Part shown: positions 10,305-20,541 of the stretch, piece after piece
Layout of the letters: every line of letters begins with the position of its first letter
How positions within the stretch are numbered: the stretch's first letter is position 1
NCBI GenBank assembly: GCA_963755715.1
Contig: CAVWLW010000023.1
Coordinates: forward strand, 11,396 to 75,395
DNA: 64,000 nt
Direction of reading: 5' to 3'
Origin: an uncultured delta proteobacterium
GTDB lineage: Bacteria > Desulfobacterota > Binatia > UBA9968
The notes under the pieces: model-generated
Databases searched by the model: none
Told to the model about the DNA's origin: nothing
The model's input: the letters and a program-made list of their open reading frames with translations, nothing else
Program-made: the position numbers and the translations under genes

Positions 10305-10672
10305 AGTGGATCAAGCGATCGCGCTTCGTGCTCCGGCATGAAGCGAGGAAAGTCCGGACTCCAAAGGACGCGGTGGCCGTTAACGACGGCTCCGAGTGAT
10401 CGGGGGAAAGTACCACAGAAATGATACCGCCTGCCGTTCTAGCGGCCGGTAAGGTTGAAATGGCGAGGTAAGAGCTCACCGGTTCGCCAGTAATGGCGAA
10501 CGCATGGCAAACCCCACCTGGAGCAAGACCAAATAGGAGGGTTGGGTAGTCCGCCCATAGCCCTCGGGTAAGGTCGCTCGACCCCTCGAGTAATCGAGGG
10601 GCAAGATGAATGATCGCTGTGACCCATTTTATGGGTTACGACAGAATCCGGCTTACCGATCCACTTTAGCCC
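10298..10672 (+). ncRNA. rnpB: RNase P RNA, bacterial type A
   Basis: GAGGAAAGTCCGG and ACAGAATCCGGCTTA motifs; P1 helix GGGCTAAAGTGGATC pairs with GATCCACTTTAGCCC. Confidence 0.96.
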
Positions 10673-10929
10673 AACTCTTCAACGAAATCGTCCGACTACG
10701 ATCATTTCCCGCATTTTCCGCCGTTCTTTGCCTAGCCAGCGATCCTTTCGGTTTCCAACACCTTTTGATTTTGGTTCGCGCTGTCTTAACCCCGGCACGC
10801 TAGCCTTGATACGCCTTGGTTAGACGGTCGAACTTTCCAGCCGTGCCCCTGTTATTCAAACGAACGTCCATCATTTACTGCACTGCTTCTTAAAATCTTA
10901 GAAAACCTCAATGTTTTGGTTCTTTTTTG

Positions 10930-10982
10930 TTGACAGGTGGAGGAGGGCAAGTTATAAGTGGCGCCTAGTGGGAAAAGGTGGG
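10930..10982 (+). promoter_or_regulatory. Sigma70 promoter of dcw cluster with MraZ operator repeats
   Basis: TTGACA-17 bp-TATAAG; GTGG boxes at 10958, 10968 and 10978 (10-bp period) plus one at 10937. Confidence 0.85.
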
Positions 10983-11022
10983 ATGACATTTATCTTCTAG
11001 TTACGGACACTGGTTAGAAACT

Positions 11023-11475
11023 ATGTTTCGCGGCAGCTTCGAACATACGCTCGACAACAAAGGACGCCTGAGTATCCCATCCAAGTTCCGCGACGTTTTG
11101 GTGGGCAAGGGCGACGAGCGAATTGTGATGACTAATTTCGTCATCGACAGCCAGCGTTGTCTTGATGTCTATCCGATCGATGCGTGGCTACGATTCGAAG
11201 AAGAGGTTCGCAAGAAACCGAAGTTCGATCCGCGCATGGTGCGATTTCAAAATTATTATCTCGGTTCCGCTTGTGAATGCACTGTGGATACTCACGGCCG
11301 GATTCTTATACCGCCGGTGCTTAGAAAATACGCCGACCTCAAACGCGATGTCATTCTAGTTTCCGCGCTGGAAAAATTTCGCGTGTGGGACCGCGAAGCA
11401 TGGAAAAAGATTTTTGTCGAGGCGGAAGACAAGCTCATGCAGGATCCGGATTTCCTCGGTGATTTGGGATTGTAG
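11023..11475 (+). CDS. mraZ: Transcriptional repressor MraZ
   Basis: MFRGSFEHTLDNKGRLSIP and second DTHGRILIP repeat. Confidence 0.96.
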   Translation: MFRGSFEHTLDNKGRLSIPSKFRDVLVGKGDERIVMTNFVIDSQRCLDVYPIDAWLRFEEEVRKKPKFDPRMVRFQNYYLGSACECTVDTHGRILIPPVLRKYADLKRDVILVSALEKFRVWDREAWKKIFVEAEDKLMQDPDFLGDLGL

Positions 11476-11520
11476 ACGCGCGCGAGCGCGGCTCCTGAAT
11501 CAACAAAAGGAGAATAGCGA

Positions 11521-11886
11521 ATGCTACTAGCGCGAAAACCCATTCAAGATATTTCAGTGATCGACCTCACCGGCGATATTGATTTTCGTGAGATGATTCG
11601 GATCAAGGACGCGATCGGTTCGTTGATCGAAAAAGAACGGATCAAAGTAGTGCTGAACCTTAAATCGGTGGACCATATCAATTACCTCAGCATCGGTGTG
11701 CTGCTGGAGCGCTTGAAGCTTTTGCGGAACTTGAATGGCGATCTCAAGCTCGCTGGCATGAGCCCTTTCTTACGCGATATTTTCAAGGTCGTCGGTATGG
11801 ACCGATTCTTCGAAGACTACACCTCTCTTGAAGATGCGATAGAAAGTTTCGACGATGACTGGGAGGGTGACGGAACCAGTCATTGA
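11521..11886 (+). CDS. STAS-domain (anti-anti-sigma-like) protein
   Basis: AGGAG RBS; IDLTGDID, VVLNLKSVDHI, GDLKLAG, DIFKVVG typical of STAS. Confidence 0.85.
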   Translation: MLLARKPIQDISVIDLTGDIDFREMIRIKDAIGSLIEKERIKVVLNLKSVDHINYLSIGVLLERLKLLRNLNGDLKLAGMSPFLRDIFKVVGMDRFFEDYTSLEDAIESFDDDWEGDGTSH

Positions 11887-11889
11887 GCT

Positions 11890-12816
11890 GTGTACTCGCA
11901 TATTTCCGTACTGGTGCCGGAGGTGATCGAGTTGCTTTCTCCCGGTCCGGGCAAGCGATATCTCGACGGCACGCTCGGCGGGGGAGGGCACAGCGAACAG
12001 ATTCTAATCAACAGCAGCCCGGATGGGCAGGTCTTAGGCTTGGACCGGGATGATGAGGCGCTGGGCGCGGCGCGCGAGCGGCTGCGACGATTTGACAAAC
12101 GGTTAATCGCGCGCCAGGCGAGCTTCGCCGAGGCATTTGATATTCTCGGCGAGATCGGTTGGCAGCATGTGGACGGAGCGATTTTGGATCTAGGAATTTC
12201 ATCCCATCAAATCGATTCTCTCGAACGGGGCTTCAGCTTTCGTTCGGACGCGGCGCTCGACATGCGCATGGACCGCCGTCAATCGATCGATGCGCGCGAG
12301 ATTGTCAATTCTTACGCGGCAGAGGATTTGGCGCGAATCTTTCGCGAGTACGGCGAAGAGCCCCAGGCACGAAGGCTCGCGCGGGCGATCGTCGAACAGC
12401 GGCAAAGCCGACCGCTCCAAAGCACCGGCGAGCTGGCTCGTTTGATCGAACGAATCAAGGGGCGCGGCCGGCGTGAGCACCATCCCGCTACTCAGGTGTT
12501 TCAAGCTTTGCGCATCGCCGTCAATCAAGAGTTGGACCACCTTAGGCGTTTCTTGGAGAGCGGCTACGAAACTTTACTGCCGAAGGGGAGAATGGCGATC
12601 ATTTCATTTCATTCTCTCGAGGACCGCAGGGTGAAGACGGCCTTTCGTAAATGGAGCCGCGCTTGTCTTTGTCCGCCGCGCGCTTTGCGCTGTCAGTGCG
12701 GCTGGAGCCAAAAAGTGAAGTTGCTGACAAAAAGGCCGATCGTCCCCTCGGCCGGCGAGATCCAGGCCAACCCGCGCGCTCGCTCGGCGAAGCTGCGCGC
12801 GGTGGAGAGGATCTAA
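11890..12816 (+). CDS. rsmH: 16S rRNA m4C1402 methyltransferase
   Basis: DGTLGGGGHS, LDMRMD, FQALRIAVN, ISFHSLEDR, NPRARSAKLR. Confidence 0.97.
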   Translation: MYSHISVLVPEVIELLSPGPGKRYLDGTLGGGGHSEQILINSSPDGQVLGLDRDDEALGAARERLRRFDKRLIARQASFAEAFDILGEIGWQHVDGAILDLGISSHQIDSLERGFSFRSDAALDMRMDRRQSIDAREIVNSYAAEDLARIFREYGEEPQARRLARAIVEQRQSRPLQSTGELARLIERIKGRGRREHHPATQVFQALRIAVNQELDHLRRFLESGYETLLPKGRMAIISFHSLEDRRVKTAFRKWSRACLCPPRALRCQCGWSQKVKLLTKRPIVPSAGEIQANPRARSAKLRAVERI

Positions 12817-12825
12817 GAGACAATC

Positions 12826-13173
12826 ATGGCCGCTACCGCCACCGCGTCAGGGCGCCAGACGGCAAATGGCAAACGGGAGCGATCGCCGCGCGCCGATCGC
12901 GCCGGCGGACGCCGACGCTTCGTTGTCGTGGCATTTTTGGCGCTCGCTTTAATCGGCGTCGTGCTGGTCCATGTCTGGTTGCGCTTGCAAGTGGTTCATA
13001 TGGGTTACGTGCTTTCGAGCGCGAGTAAATTGCAAAGCCGTCTGGAGCAGGAAAACCGCGAACTGAAAATCGAATTGGCGACGATGACTTCGCCCGATCG
13101 TCTGGAGTCGCTCGCTCGTCGCCGCTTAGGCTTGAAGCCGCCGGAGAAGGGCCAAATTATTGTGCTTCCATGA
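12826..13173 (+). CDS. ftsL: Cell division protein FtsL
   Basis: Single TM helix plus leucine zipper; lies between rsmH and ftsI. Confidence 0.85.
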   Translation: MAATATASGRQTANGKRERSPRADRAGGRRRFVVVAFLALALIGVVLVHVWLRLQVVHMGYVLSSASKLQSRLEQENRELKIELATMTSPDRLESLARRRLGLKPPEKGQIIVLP

Positions 13174-15126
13174 GAAGACCTTTACAGCGCAATCAGCGCC
13201 GCCTTGGCGTCGCCAAAATATTGTTTCTGGCTTTGTTTTTGATCGTCGGCGGACGCGCCGTTCAATTGCAAATGCTGCAAGGCGAAAAACTGATGAAGCT
13301 CGGCCAACGGCAGCATCTGAAAGAGTGGATCGTGCTGCCCAAACGCGGCGCTTTGTTCGACCGCGCCGGCGAACCGTTGGCGCTTAGCATGGAATCGCAA
13401 TCGGTCTACGCGCGTCCGCACCGCATTCAAGATGCCGAGCGGCTAAGCCGCGACTTTGGCGCAGATTCTCAACTTGCGGGTCGCCGACGTGAAGCAAAAG
13501 ATTGTCAGCGAAAAGCCCTTTATTTGGCTCAAGCGTCAGGTGTCGTCAGCGGAAGCGGAAAAAATTCAAACATTGAACGCAGACGGCATCGGCATGTTTT
13601 ATGAGCCCAATCGTCATTATCCGCAGGGGCAGCTGGCCGGCCAAGTGATCGGCTTTGTCGGCAGAGACTCGGAAGGACTCGAGGGCTTGGAGCTCAAATA
13701 CAATGAATATATCCGCGGCGAATCCGGCTCCTCGGTGGCGGAGCGTGACGCGCTGGGACGACGTGTGCTGGTGCAAGGCGTCGAGGATCTGTATGTTCCG
13801 CCCGGCAGCGATATGCATCTGACCATCGATACCTCGATCCAACACGTTGTCGAAAAAGAGCTCGAGGCCTCGATCGTCAAATACCGGGCCAAGGCGGGTG
13901 TCGCGATCGTGGCGGACCCGTTTACAGGGGAGATCCTCGCCCTCGCCAATTATCCATCGTTCGATCCGAACAACTATGCCAAACAGTCGGCCGAACAGAG
14001 ACGCAATCGCGCGGTGACGGACAGTTTCGAACCTGGATCGACATTCAAAACGATCTTGGCCGCGGCGGCGCTCGAAGAAGGCGTCGTCGGTAAAGACGAT
14101 CTCTTCTATTGCGAAATGGGCAAATACCCTTATGCCGGGAAAATTATTCACGACACGCATCCGAACGGTTGGCTGTCATTCTCCAAGATTCTTCAAGTCT
14201 CAAGCAACATCGGCTTCACCAAAGTAGCCGAGAAGCTTAAGAGGGACCGCTATTTTAGATACATCGAAAAATTCGGCTTCGGTCAGGAGACAGGAATCGA
14301 CGTGCCCGGCGAAGTCGCGGGAGTCGTGCGTAAACCGGAGAAGTGGTCGGCCGTCGACTTGGCCACCCACGCCTTCGGTCAAGGTCTTTCGACTACGCCG
14401 CTGCAACTCGTCATGGCCTACGGGTCGATCGCCAACGGCGGTTTTCTCATGCGTCCCTACGTTACCCGGCGCGTGGTCAGTCCGCAGGGGGAAGTGTTGT
14501 TGGAGAATCAGCCGCATGTGGTTCGCCGCGTGATTTCAGAAAAAACCGCTAAGCTTTTGGCCTCAATGCTGCGGAATGTGACCAGCGAAGGCGGCACAGG
14601 CGTGATGGCAAACGTCGAAGGGTTCGAGGTTGCCGGTAAGACCGGCACGGCTCAAAAGGCCGACCCGGTTCATGGCGGCTATGCGGCAAAGAAGCGGGTG
14701 GGCTCGTTCGTCGGTTTTGTTCCCGCCAATGATCCGCGTTTGGTGGCCTTGGTGCTGATCGATGAGCCCGAGGTAAACGTCTATGGCGGCGTCGTCGCCG
14801 CTCCGGTGTTTCGCAACATCGCGCAAGCGGCGTTGCGTCGTCTCGCCGTGGCGCCGGAAAAGGCAGCGCCGATTCCGACGATGCAGGATCAGTCGGAGTT
14901 GCCGAGCCGGCGCGCCGTTAAACAGCCCGGCGCTGTGATAGGGGAAGCAAATGCGGAAGCGACGCCTGACTTCGTCGGTCTCAGTTTGCGCGAAGCGCTG
15001 GAGAAAGCGCAGAGCTTGAAACTGAAATTGCGGCTTCAGGGCAATGGTTACGTGATCAAGCAGGTTCCCGCCCCCGGTGGTCGCTGGAACGAGGGTGAAG
15101 TTTTGGTTCTCAATCTGCAAGGCTAG
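13170..15126 (+). CDS. ftsI: Penicillin-binding protein FtsI with C-terminal PASTA-like domain (single frameshift near 13455)
   Basis: RGALFDR, EPGSTFK (SxxK), SSN, KTGTAQK; ORFs 13170-13604 and 13456-15126 join if one T in CGACTTTGGC is removed. Confidence 0.93.
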
Positions 15127-15130
15127 AGCG

Positions 15131-16687
15131 ATGCACATCAAGGAGTTTCTGGCGATCGACGCGGTGGAGCAAGCTGACGGTGATCTCGACCAAGACGTGA
15201 CCGGACTCGCCTACGATTCGCGCAAGGCCGGCGCCGGACAAATATTTTTCGCGGTACCAGGAGAAAAAGTCGATGGTCACGACTTTATCGCGGACGCGGT
15301 GCGCTGTGGCGCCGCAGCCGTCGTGTTCTCGCGCGCGGGCAATTGGCCGCGCGCGTCCGCCGCTGTGCGCGTCAAAGATACGCGCCGCACGCTGGCCTTG
15401 TGGGCGGCGCATTTTTTCGACCGGCCGAGCACAAAACTGACGCTCGTCGGTATCACCGGCACCAATGGTAAGACGACGCTCTCTTATCTTATCGAATCGA
15501 TGCTGCAGGCGGCGGCTCGGGAGCCCGGCGTGATCGGCACGATCAGTTACCGCTATCGCGGGTCGGAGGCGCCATCGCATCACACGACGCCCGAGTCGTT
15601 CGATTTGCAAGAGATGCTCGCCGAGATGGTCCAAGCCGGCGTCAAGTCCGTCGCGATGGAAGTATCTTCCCACGCTCTTGCTCAGGATCGAGTGCGTGGT
15701 TTGGCCTTCGATGTCGGCGTATTTACCAATCTATCTCGCGACCATCTTGATTATCACCGCGACATGGATGACTATTTTTTAGCCAAGAGCCGGCTCTTTA
15801 CTGATTATCTCAAAGAAAGCTGCAAGCCGAATAAGGCCGCAGTGATTTACGCTGACGATCCGTACGGCCGTAAGCTGCTCGCTAAAGTGCGCGGCGAAGA
15901 CTTCGACGCTTGGAGCTATGGCGAGGATGTGCAATGGGACGTGTACCCGCTTCATGTAGAGCAAGATGTTGGCGGACTGAGAGGGGCCATTCAGGCTCGC
16001 GGCTCGACGATCGAATTCAGATCTTCGCTGATCGGTGCGGCCAATTTACAAAATATCCTGGGCGCGGTCGGCGCGGGTTTGGCCTTGGGGCTCGATGCCG
16101 AGACCGTGGCCCAAGGCATTGAGCGACTCAAATCGGTGCCGGGGCGGCTGGAAAAAGTGGCCAACAATCTCGATATCGCCATTTTAGTCGACTATGCCCA
16201 TTCGCCGGATGCTCTGGAAAAAGTCCTCGGTGCGGTGCGCCCGATCACTCGAGGGAAGCTCATAACCGTGTTCGGTTGTGGCGGCGATCGCGACCGCGGC
16301 AAGCGGCCATTGATGGGCGCGATTGCCGGCCGATTGAGCGACGTTGTGGTGCTCACGTCGGATAATCCTCGCAGCGAAGATCCGCTGGCGATCATCGAAG
16401 AAGTGGAGGCCGGCATTCGCATGACCGGGGTCAAAAAGTTTAGCGCGTCGCGTCTTGAGTCAAGTGTTTTCCAAACTCGAAACCCGAAATCTGAAACGGA
16501 GAGCGGTTATTGCGTCGAAGCCGATCGACGCCTTGCGATTGGCATCGCGCTACGCGTCGCGCGTCCGCGTGATCTCGTGCTGATCGCCGGCAAAGGGCAC
16601 GAGGACTACCAAATCTTGGGCGCCGACAAAATTCATTTTGACGATCGAGAAGTCGCGCGCGAAGAAGCGGCGCGGATTAGCGCGTAA
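15131..16687 (+). CDS. murE: UDP-MurNAc-tripeptide synthetase (meso-DAP type)
   Basis: GTNGKTT, MEVSSH, VDYAHSPD, DNPR, GKGHEDYQ. Confidence 0.96.
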   Translation: MHIKEFLAIDAVEQADGDLDQDVTGLAYDSRKAGAGQIFFAVPGEKVDGHDFIADAVRCGAAAVVFSRAGNWPRASAAVRVKDTRRTLALWAAHFFDRPSTKLTLVGITGTNGKTTLSYLIESMLQAAAREPGVIGTISYRYRGSEAPSHHTTPESFDLQEMLAEMVQAGVKSVAMEVSSHALAQDRVRGLAFDVGVFTNLSRDHLDYHRDMDDYFLAKSRLFTDYLKESCKPNKAAVIYADDPYGRKLLAKVRGEDFDAWSYGEDVQWDVYPLHVEQDVGGLRGAIQARGSTIEFRSSLIGAANLQNILGAVGAGLALGLDAETVAQGIERLKSVPGRLEKVANNLDIAILVDYAHSPDALEKVLGAVRPITRGKLITVFGCGGDRDRGKRPLMGAIAGRLSDVVVLTSDNPRSEDPLAIIEEVEAGIRMTGVKKFSASRLESSVFQTRNPKSETESGYCVEADRRLAIGIALRVARPRDLVLIAGKGHEDYQILGADKIHFDDREVAREEAARISA

Positions 16688-16697
16688 GTGGCGAGGG

Positions 16698-18101
16698 ATG
16701 GGATGGCGCGCAGTAGAAATTCTTGCGGCGACCGGCGGCAAAGTCCTCCGCGACGGCGGCAAAACGCGTTTCGGTGAAATCGTGACAGACTCAACCAAGG
16801 TCAAAACCGGCTCAGTTTTCGTCGCGTTGAAAGGCGAGCGCCATGACGGTCATCGCTTTGTCGGCGACGCGGTCCGTCGTGGCGCCGGCTGCGTCATCGC
16901 GCATCGTTCATTGCCCAAGTCCGCGCTTGGCCGCGCGACCGCGATAAAAGTCGCTGACACGCTCACGGCCTTGGGCGATCTGGCCCACTATCGACGGCAA
17001 CAGTTTGCCCCGAAGGTGCTGGCGATCACGGGTTCTAATGGCAAAACTACGACTAAGGAAATGGTCGCGGCAATTCTCCAAGAAGCTTGGGCCGGCGGTA
17101 AACGGAGGCGCGGCAAAATTCTTAAGACGGAAGGAAATTTCAACAACCTGGTGGGGCTGCCACTAACGCTTTTACGTTTGCGCAAGCAAGACAAGATGGC
17201 GGTTGTGGAGCTCGGCACCAATCAGCCGGGTGAGATTCAGCGCCTCACCGAGATCGCCGATCCCGACATCGGCATCATCACGTCGGTGGCGGCGGCTCAT
17301 CTCGAAGGATTGAACAGCTTGGCGGGTGTCGCTCGAGAAAAAGGCGCGCTCTATCGGGGCATGCGCCCGAACGGCACGATTGTCGTCAACCTCGACGATC
17401 CGTGGGTTCGGAAAATCGCCGCGCGCTTCCCAGGGCGCAAGATTACCTACGGCAAACGCGGTTGGGTGCGCGCGCAGGCATGGCGTATGCGCGGCATGGA
17501 CGGCATGCAATTGAAGCTTAAAGCCGGCCAACGCAGTTGCAACGTGAAGCTTAACTACCTAGGTCAACACAATGTCGCGAACGCGCTCGGCGCGGCGGCG
17601 TTGACGCTCGGTGTTGGTGCGAAGCTGGCCGCGGTCCGCCGAGGGTTGGCCAAAGCCCGACCGTTTTCCATGCGCATGCAGAGCGAGGATTGGCGCGGCC
17701 TTAGCATTATCAATGACGCCTACAATGCCAATCCCGCTTCGATGAAAGCGGCACTGCAAACGCTTGCGGAGTTGCCCTGCCGCGGCCGCAGAATCGCGGT
17801 GCTCGGCGATATGTTCGAGCTTGGAAAACAGGCGGCGCGGGAACATCGCCAGCTCGGCAAAAACGCAGCGCGCGGCGCCGTCGATTTTCTCTACCTCCTC
17901 GGCGACCGAGCCGCGCTGGTGCACCGCGGCGCTCTGGCGGCAGGTATGAGTCCCGAGCGCGTCATCGTCGGTAAGGATCACACCGAGCTGGTCAAGCGTT
18001 TACGCGAGCAGGTGAAGAAGGGCGATTGTCTACTGTTCAAGGGGTCGCGCGGCATGAAAATGGAAAAAGTCTTGGACGGGCTTAAAAGCGGAAAGGCCTA
18101 G
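16698..18101 (+). CDS. murF: UDP-MurNAc-pentapeptide synthetase
   Basis: [35 protein letters not shown]. Confidence 0.96.
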   Translation: MGWRAVEILAATGGKVLRDGGKTRFGEIVTDSTKVKTGSVFVALKGERHDGHRFVGDAVRRGAGCVIAHRSLPKSALGRATAIKVADTLTALGDLAHYRRQQFAPKVLAITGSNGKTTTKEMVAAILQEAWAGGKRRRGKILKTEGNFNNLVGLPLTLLRLRKQDKMAVVELGTNQPGEIQRLTEIADPDIGIITSVAAAHLEGLNSLAGVAREKGALYRGMRPNGTIVVNLDDPWVRKIAARFPGRKITYGKRGWVRAQAWRMRGMDGMQLKLKAGQRSCNVKLNYLGQHNVANALGAAALTLGVGAKLAAVRRGLAKARPFSMRMQSEDWRGLSIINDAYNANPASMKAALQTLAELPCRGRRIAVLGDMFELGKQAAREHRQLGKNAARGAVDFLYLLGDRAALVHRGALAAGMSPERVIVGKDHTELVKRLREQVKKGDCLLFKGSRGMKMEKVLDGLKSGKA

Positions 18102-18105
18102 GAGA

Positions 18106-19188
18106 TTGAACTTGCTTTATTACCTGTCGTTTCCGCTTTCCATGAGCTACTCGGGCTTCAACGTTTTTCGTTACATTACCTTTCGCGCGGCGATGGCGGC
18201 GTTGCTCGCGCTCTTGATCTCGTTTCTCCTCGGCCCCTGGTTGATTCGCACGTTGACGGAAAAACAGATTGGCCAGCAGATTCGCGATGACGGTCCGGCG
18301 AGCCACGCGGTCAAGGCGGGCACGCCGACCATGGGCGGCGCGCTGATCATCCTGGCGCTTTTGTTCTCGACGCTGATGATGGCCGACATCGCCAACCGCT
18401 ATGTCTTGCTCGCGCTGATCGCCACGGTCGGCACCGGCGTGGTCGGCTTTGCCGACGATTACTTGAAGCTGACCCGCAAAAACAGCAGGGGCCTTTCGCC
18501 GCGCGGCAAGCTGCTCGGCCAATTCTTGGTCGCACTCGTGGTCGCCTTGGCGCTTTATTACCAGCCCCGGTTCAGCACCGAAATCGCCGTGCCGTTCATT
18601 AAAACTTTTCACTTCGATCTGGGGCCGTTTTACGTACCTTTCGCGATGCTCGTGATCGTGTGCACTTCGAACGCCGTCAATTTGACCGATGGTTTGGACG
18701 GATTGGCGATCGGCCCGGTGATGGTCGCCGCGGGCACCTACGCGGTCATCGCCTACGTGACCGGCCATTTAAAGCTCGCCGAATATTTGCAGATCCCCTA
18801 CGTCGCGGGCGTCGGTGAGCTGAGCGTTTTTTGCGCCGGGGTCGTGGCGGCCGGTCTGGGTTTTCTCTGGTATAACGCCTATCCGGCGCAAATGTTTATG
18901 GGCGACGTGGGTTCGCTTTCTCTGGGCGCCGCCCTTGGCGTAGTCGCAGTGATGACTAAAAATGAAATTCTTCTGATCATCGTCGGCGGCGTGTTCGTCA
19001 TGGAAGCGCTGTCGGTGATCTTTCAAGTGGTCTCTTACAAGTTCCGACGCAAGCGCGTTTTTCTCATGGCGCCGATTCACCATCATTACGAGCTTAAGGG
19101 TTGGAAGGAGCCGCAGATCATCGTGCGGTTTTGGATTCTTTCTTTTATATGCGCCGTCGTGGGCTTGAGCACGTTAAAGCTCCGATGA
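18106..19188 (+). CDS. mraY: Phospho-MurNAc-pentapeptide transferase
   Basis: [37 protein letters not shown]. Confidence 0.97.
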   Translation: MNLLYYLSFPLSMSYSGFNVFRYITFRAAMAALLALLISFLLGPWLIRTLTEKQIGQQIRDDGPASHAVKAGTPTMGGALIILALLFSTLMMADIANRYVLLALIATVGTGVVGFADDYLKLTRKNSRGLSPRGKLLGQFLVALVVALALYYQPRFSTEIAVPFIKTFHFDLGPFYVPFAMLVIVCTSNAVNLTDGLDGLAIGPVMVAAGTYAVIAYVTGHLKLAEYLQIPYVAGVGELSVFCAGVVAAGLGFLWYNAYPAQMFMGDVGSLSLGAALGVVAVMTKNEILLIIVGGVFVMEALSVIFQVVSYKFRRKRVFLMAPIHHHYELKGWKEPQIIVRFWILSFICAVVGLSTLKLR

Positions 19189-19206
19189 GCGCGGTGACGG
19201 TCAAGC

Positions 19207-20541
19207 GTGGAGTTGCGCGGCAAAAAAATACTGGTGGTCGGACTGGGACGCACCGGCCGAGAATGCGCGCGCTTCCTGGCGCAGCGCGGGGCTACTGTGT
19301 TGGTTAGCGATCTGCGTGGCGAGAGCGAACTCGCCCAGGAAATGACAAGCCTCGCCGGCTTGCCCATTGAGTATCGTTTAGGCGGCGAACAAACCGCTTG
19401 GCTCGACGGCGTCGATTGCGTCGTTCCAAGTCCCGGCGTGCCCCAGGAAAATCCGCTGCTGCGGCAAGCGACGGCGCTGCGCATTCCTGTTCTTAGCGAG
19501 ATCGAACTGGCCGCGCGTTTTGTTCGCGCGCCGCTGCTGGCGGTGACCGGTACTAACGGTAAGAGCACGACGACGACGCTGATCGGCGCCATGATTCAAG
19601 CTGCGGGAAAAAAAGTTTTCGTCGGCGGCAATCTCGGCGTGCCCTTTATCAGCGCGGCGGCCGAGGATTGGGATTGGGCGGTCTTGGAGATCAGCAGTTT
19701 TCAATTGGAGTGGATCGAACAGTTTCGCCCGCAGATCGGCGTCATGCTTAACCTTACGGAAGATCATTTGGACCGCTACGCGTCCTTTGCCGACTACTGT
19801 GCGGCAAAAGAACGCCTGTTCGCGTTTCAAACCGGCGCGGACGTGGCGATCCTCAACCGTGACGATCCGCAGGTGTGGGACATGCGCAAACGGATTAAGG
19901 CTCGGGTCGTCTCCTTCGGTTTCACCGAAGTGGCGCAAGGCGTTTTTGCCACGGCCGACGAAATCGTTTGGCGCGATAGCGGCGTCGAAGAACGCTTCGT
20001 GCTCGGCGCCGTGAAGATTCATGGCGTGCACAATGTCGAAAACATGATGGCGGCCGTCGCCGCGGCGAAATGCGCCGGCATCGCGCGCGCGCAGATTCAA
20101 CAAACCTTGAATGATTTTCCCGGTCTCGAGCACCGGCTCGAGTTCGTGCGCGAGCACAACGGCGTACACTATTACAACGACTCGAAGGGAACTAATGTCG
20201 GCGCGGTCGTGAAATCGCTGGCGAGCTTTGCCGGTCCGGTGATCCTGCTTGCCGGCGGCGTCGATAAAGGCGGCGATTACGGCCCCCTTGAACGGGAAAT
20301 CAAACAGAAAGTTCGCCACCTGGTGCTCTTCGGCGCGGCCAAGAAGATCATCGCCCGTGCTTTGGGCGCGCTCACCGAGACCGTGATCGTTGACGATCTT
20401 CAGGCGGCGGTGCGGGAGGCGGCGGCGCAGGCGCGGCCGGGCGACGTCGTTTTGCTCTCGCCGGCGTGTTCGAGCTTCGACCAATTTCGCAATTACGCGG
20501 AGCGCGGCAAGCTTTTCAAAAGGCTCGTGCAACAATTATGA
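19207..20541 (+). CDS. murD: UDP-MurNAc-L-Ala-D-Glu ligase
   Basis: GTNGKSTTT, EISSFQL, NDSKGTN, LSPACSSFDQF. Confidence 0.96.
   Translation: MELRGKKILVVGLGRTGRECARFLAQRGATVLVSDLRGESELAQEMTSLAGLPIEYRLGGEQTAWLDGVDCVVPSPGVPQENPLLRQATALRIPVLSEIELAARFVRAPLLAVTGTNGKSTTTTLIGAMIQAAGKKVFVGGNLGVPFISAAAEDWDWAVLEISSFQLEWIEQFRPQIGVMLNLTEDHLDRYASFADYCAAKERLFAFQTGADVAILNRDDPQVWDMRKRIKARVVSFGFTEVAQGVFATADEIVWRDSGVEERFVLGAVKIHGVHNVENMMAAVAAAKCAGIARAQIQQTLNDFPGLEHRLEFVREHNGVHYYNDSKGTNVGAVVKSLASFAGPVILLAGGVDKGGDYGPLEREIKQKVRHLVLFGAAKKIIARALGALTETVIVDDLQAAVREAAAQARPGDVVLLSPACSSFDQFRNYAERGKLFKRLVQQL

Noticed and set aside
19378-20535. Long antisense ORFs opposite murD, ftsA, ftsZ, livK and panB
   Set aside because: Shadow ORFs expected from GC-rich codon bias; no motifs
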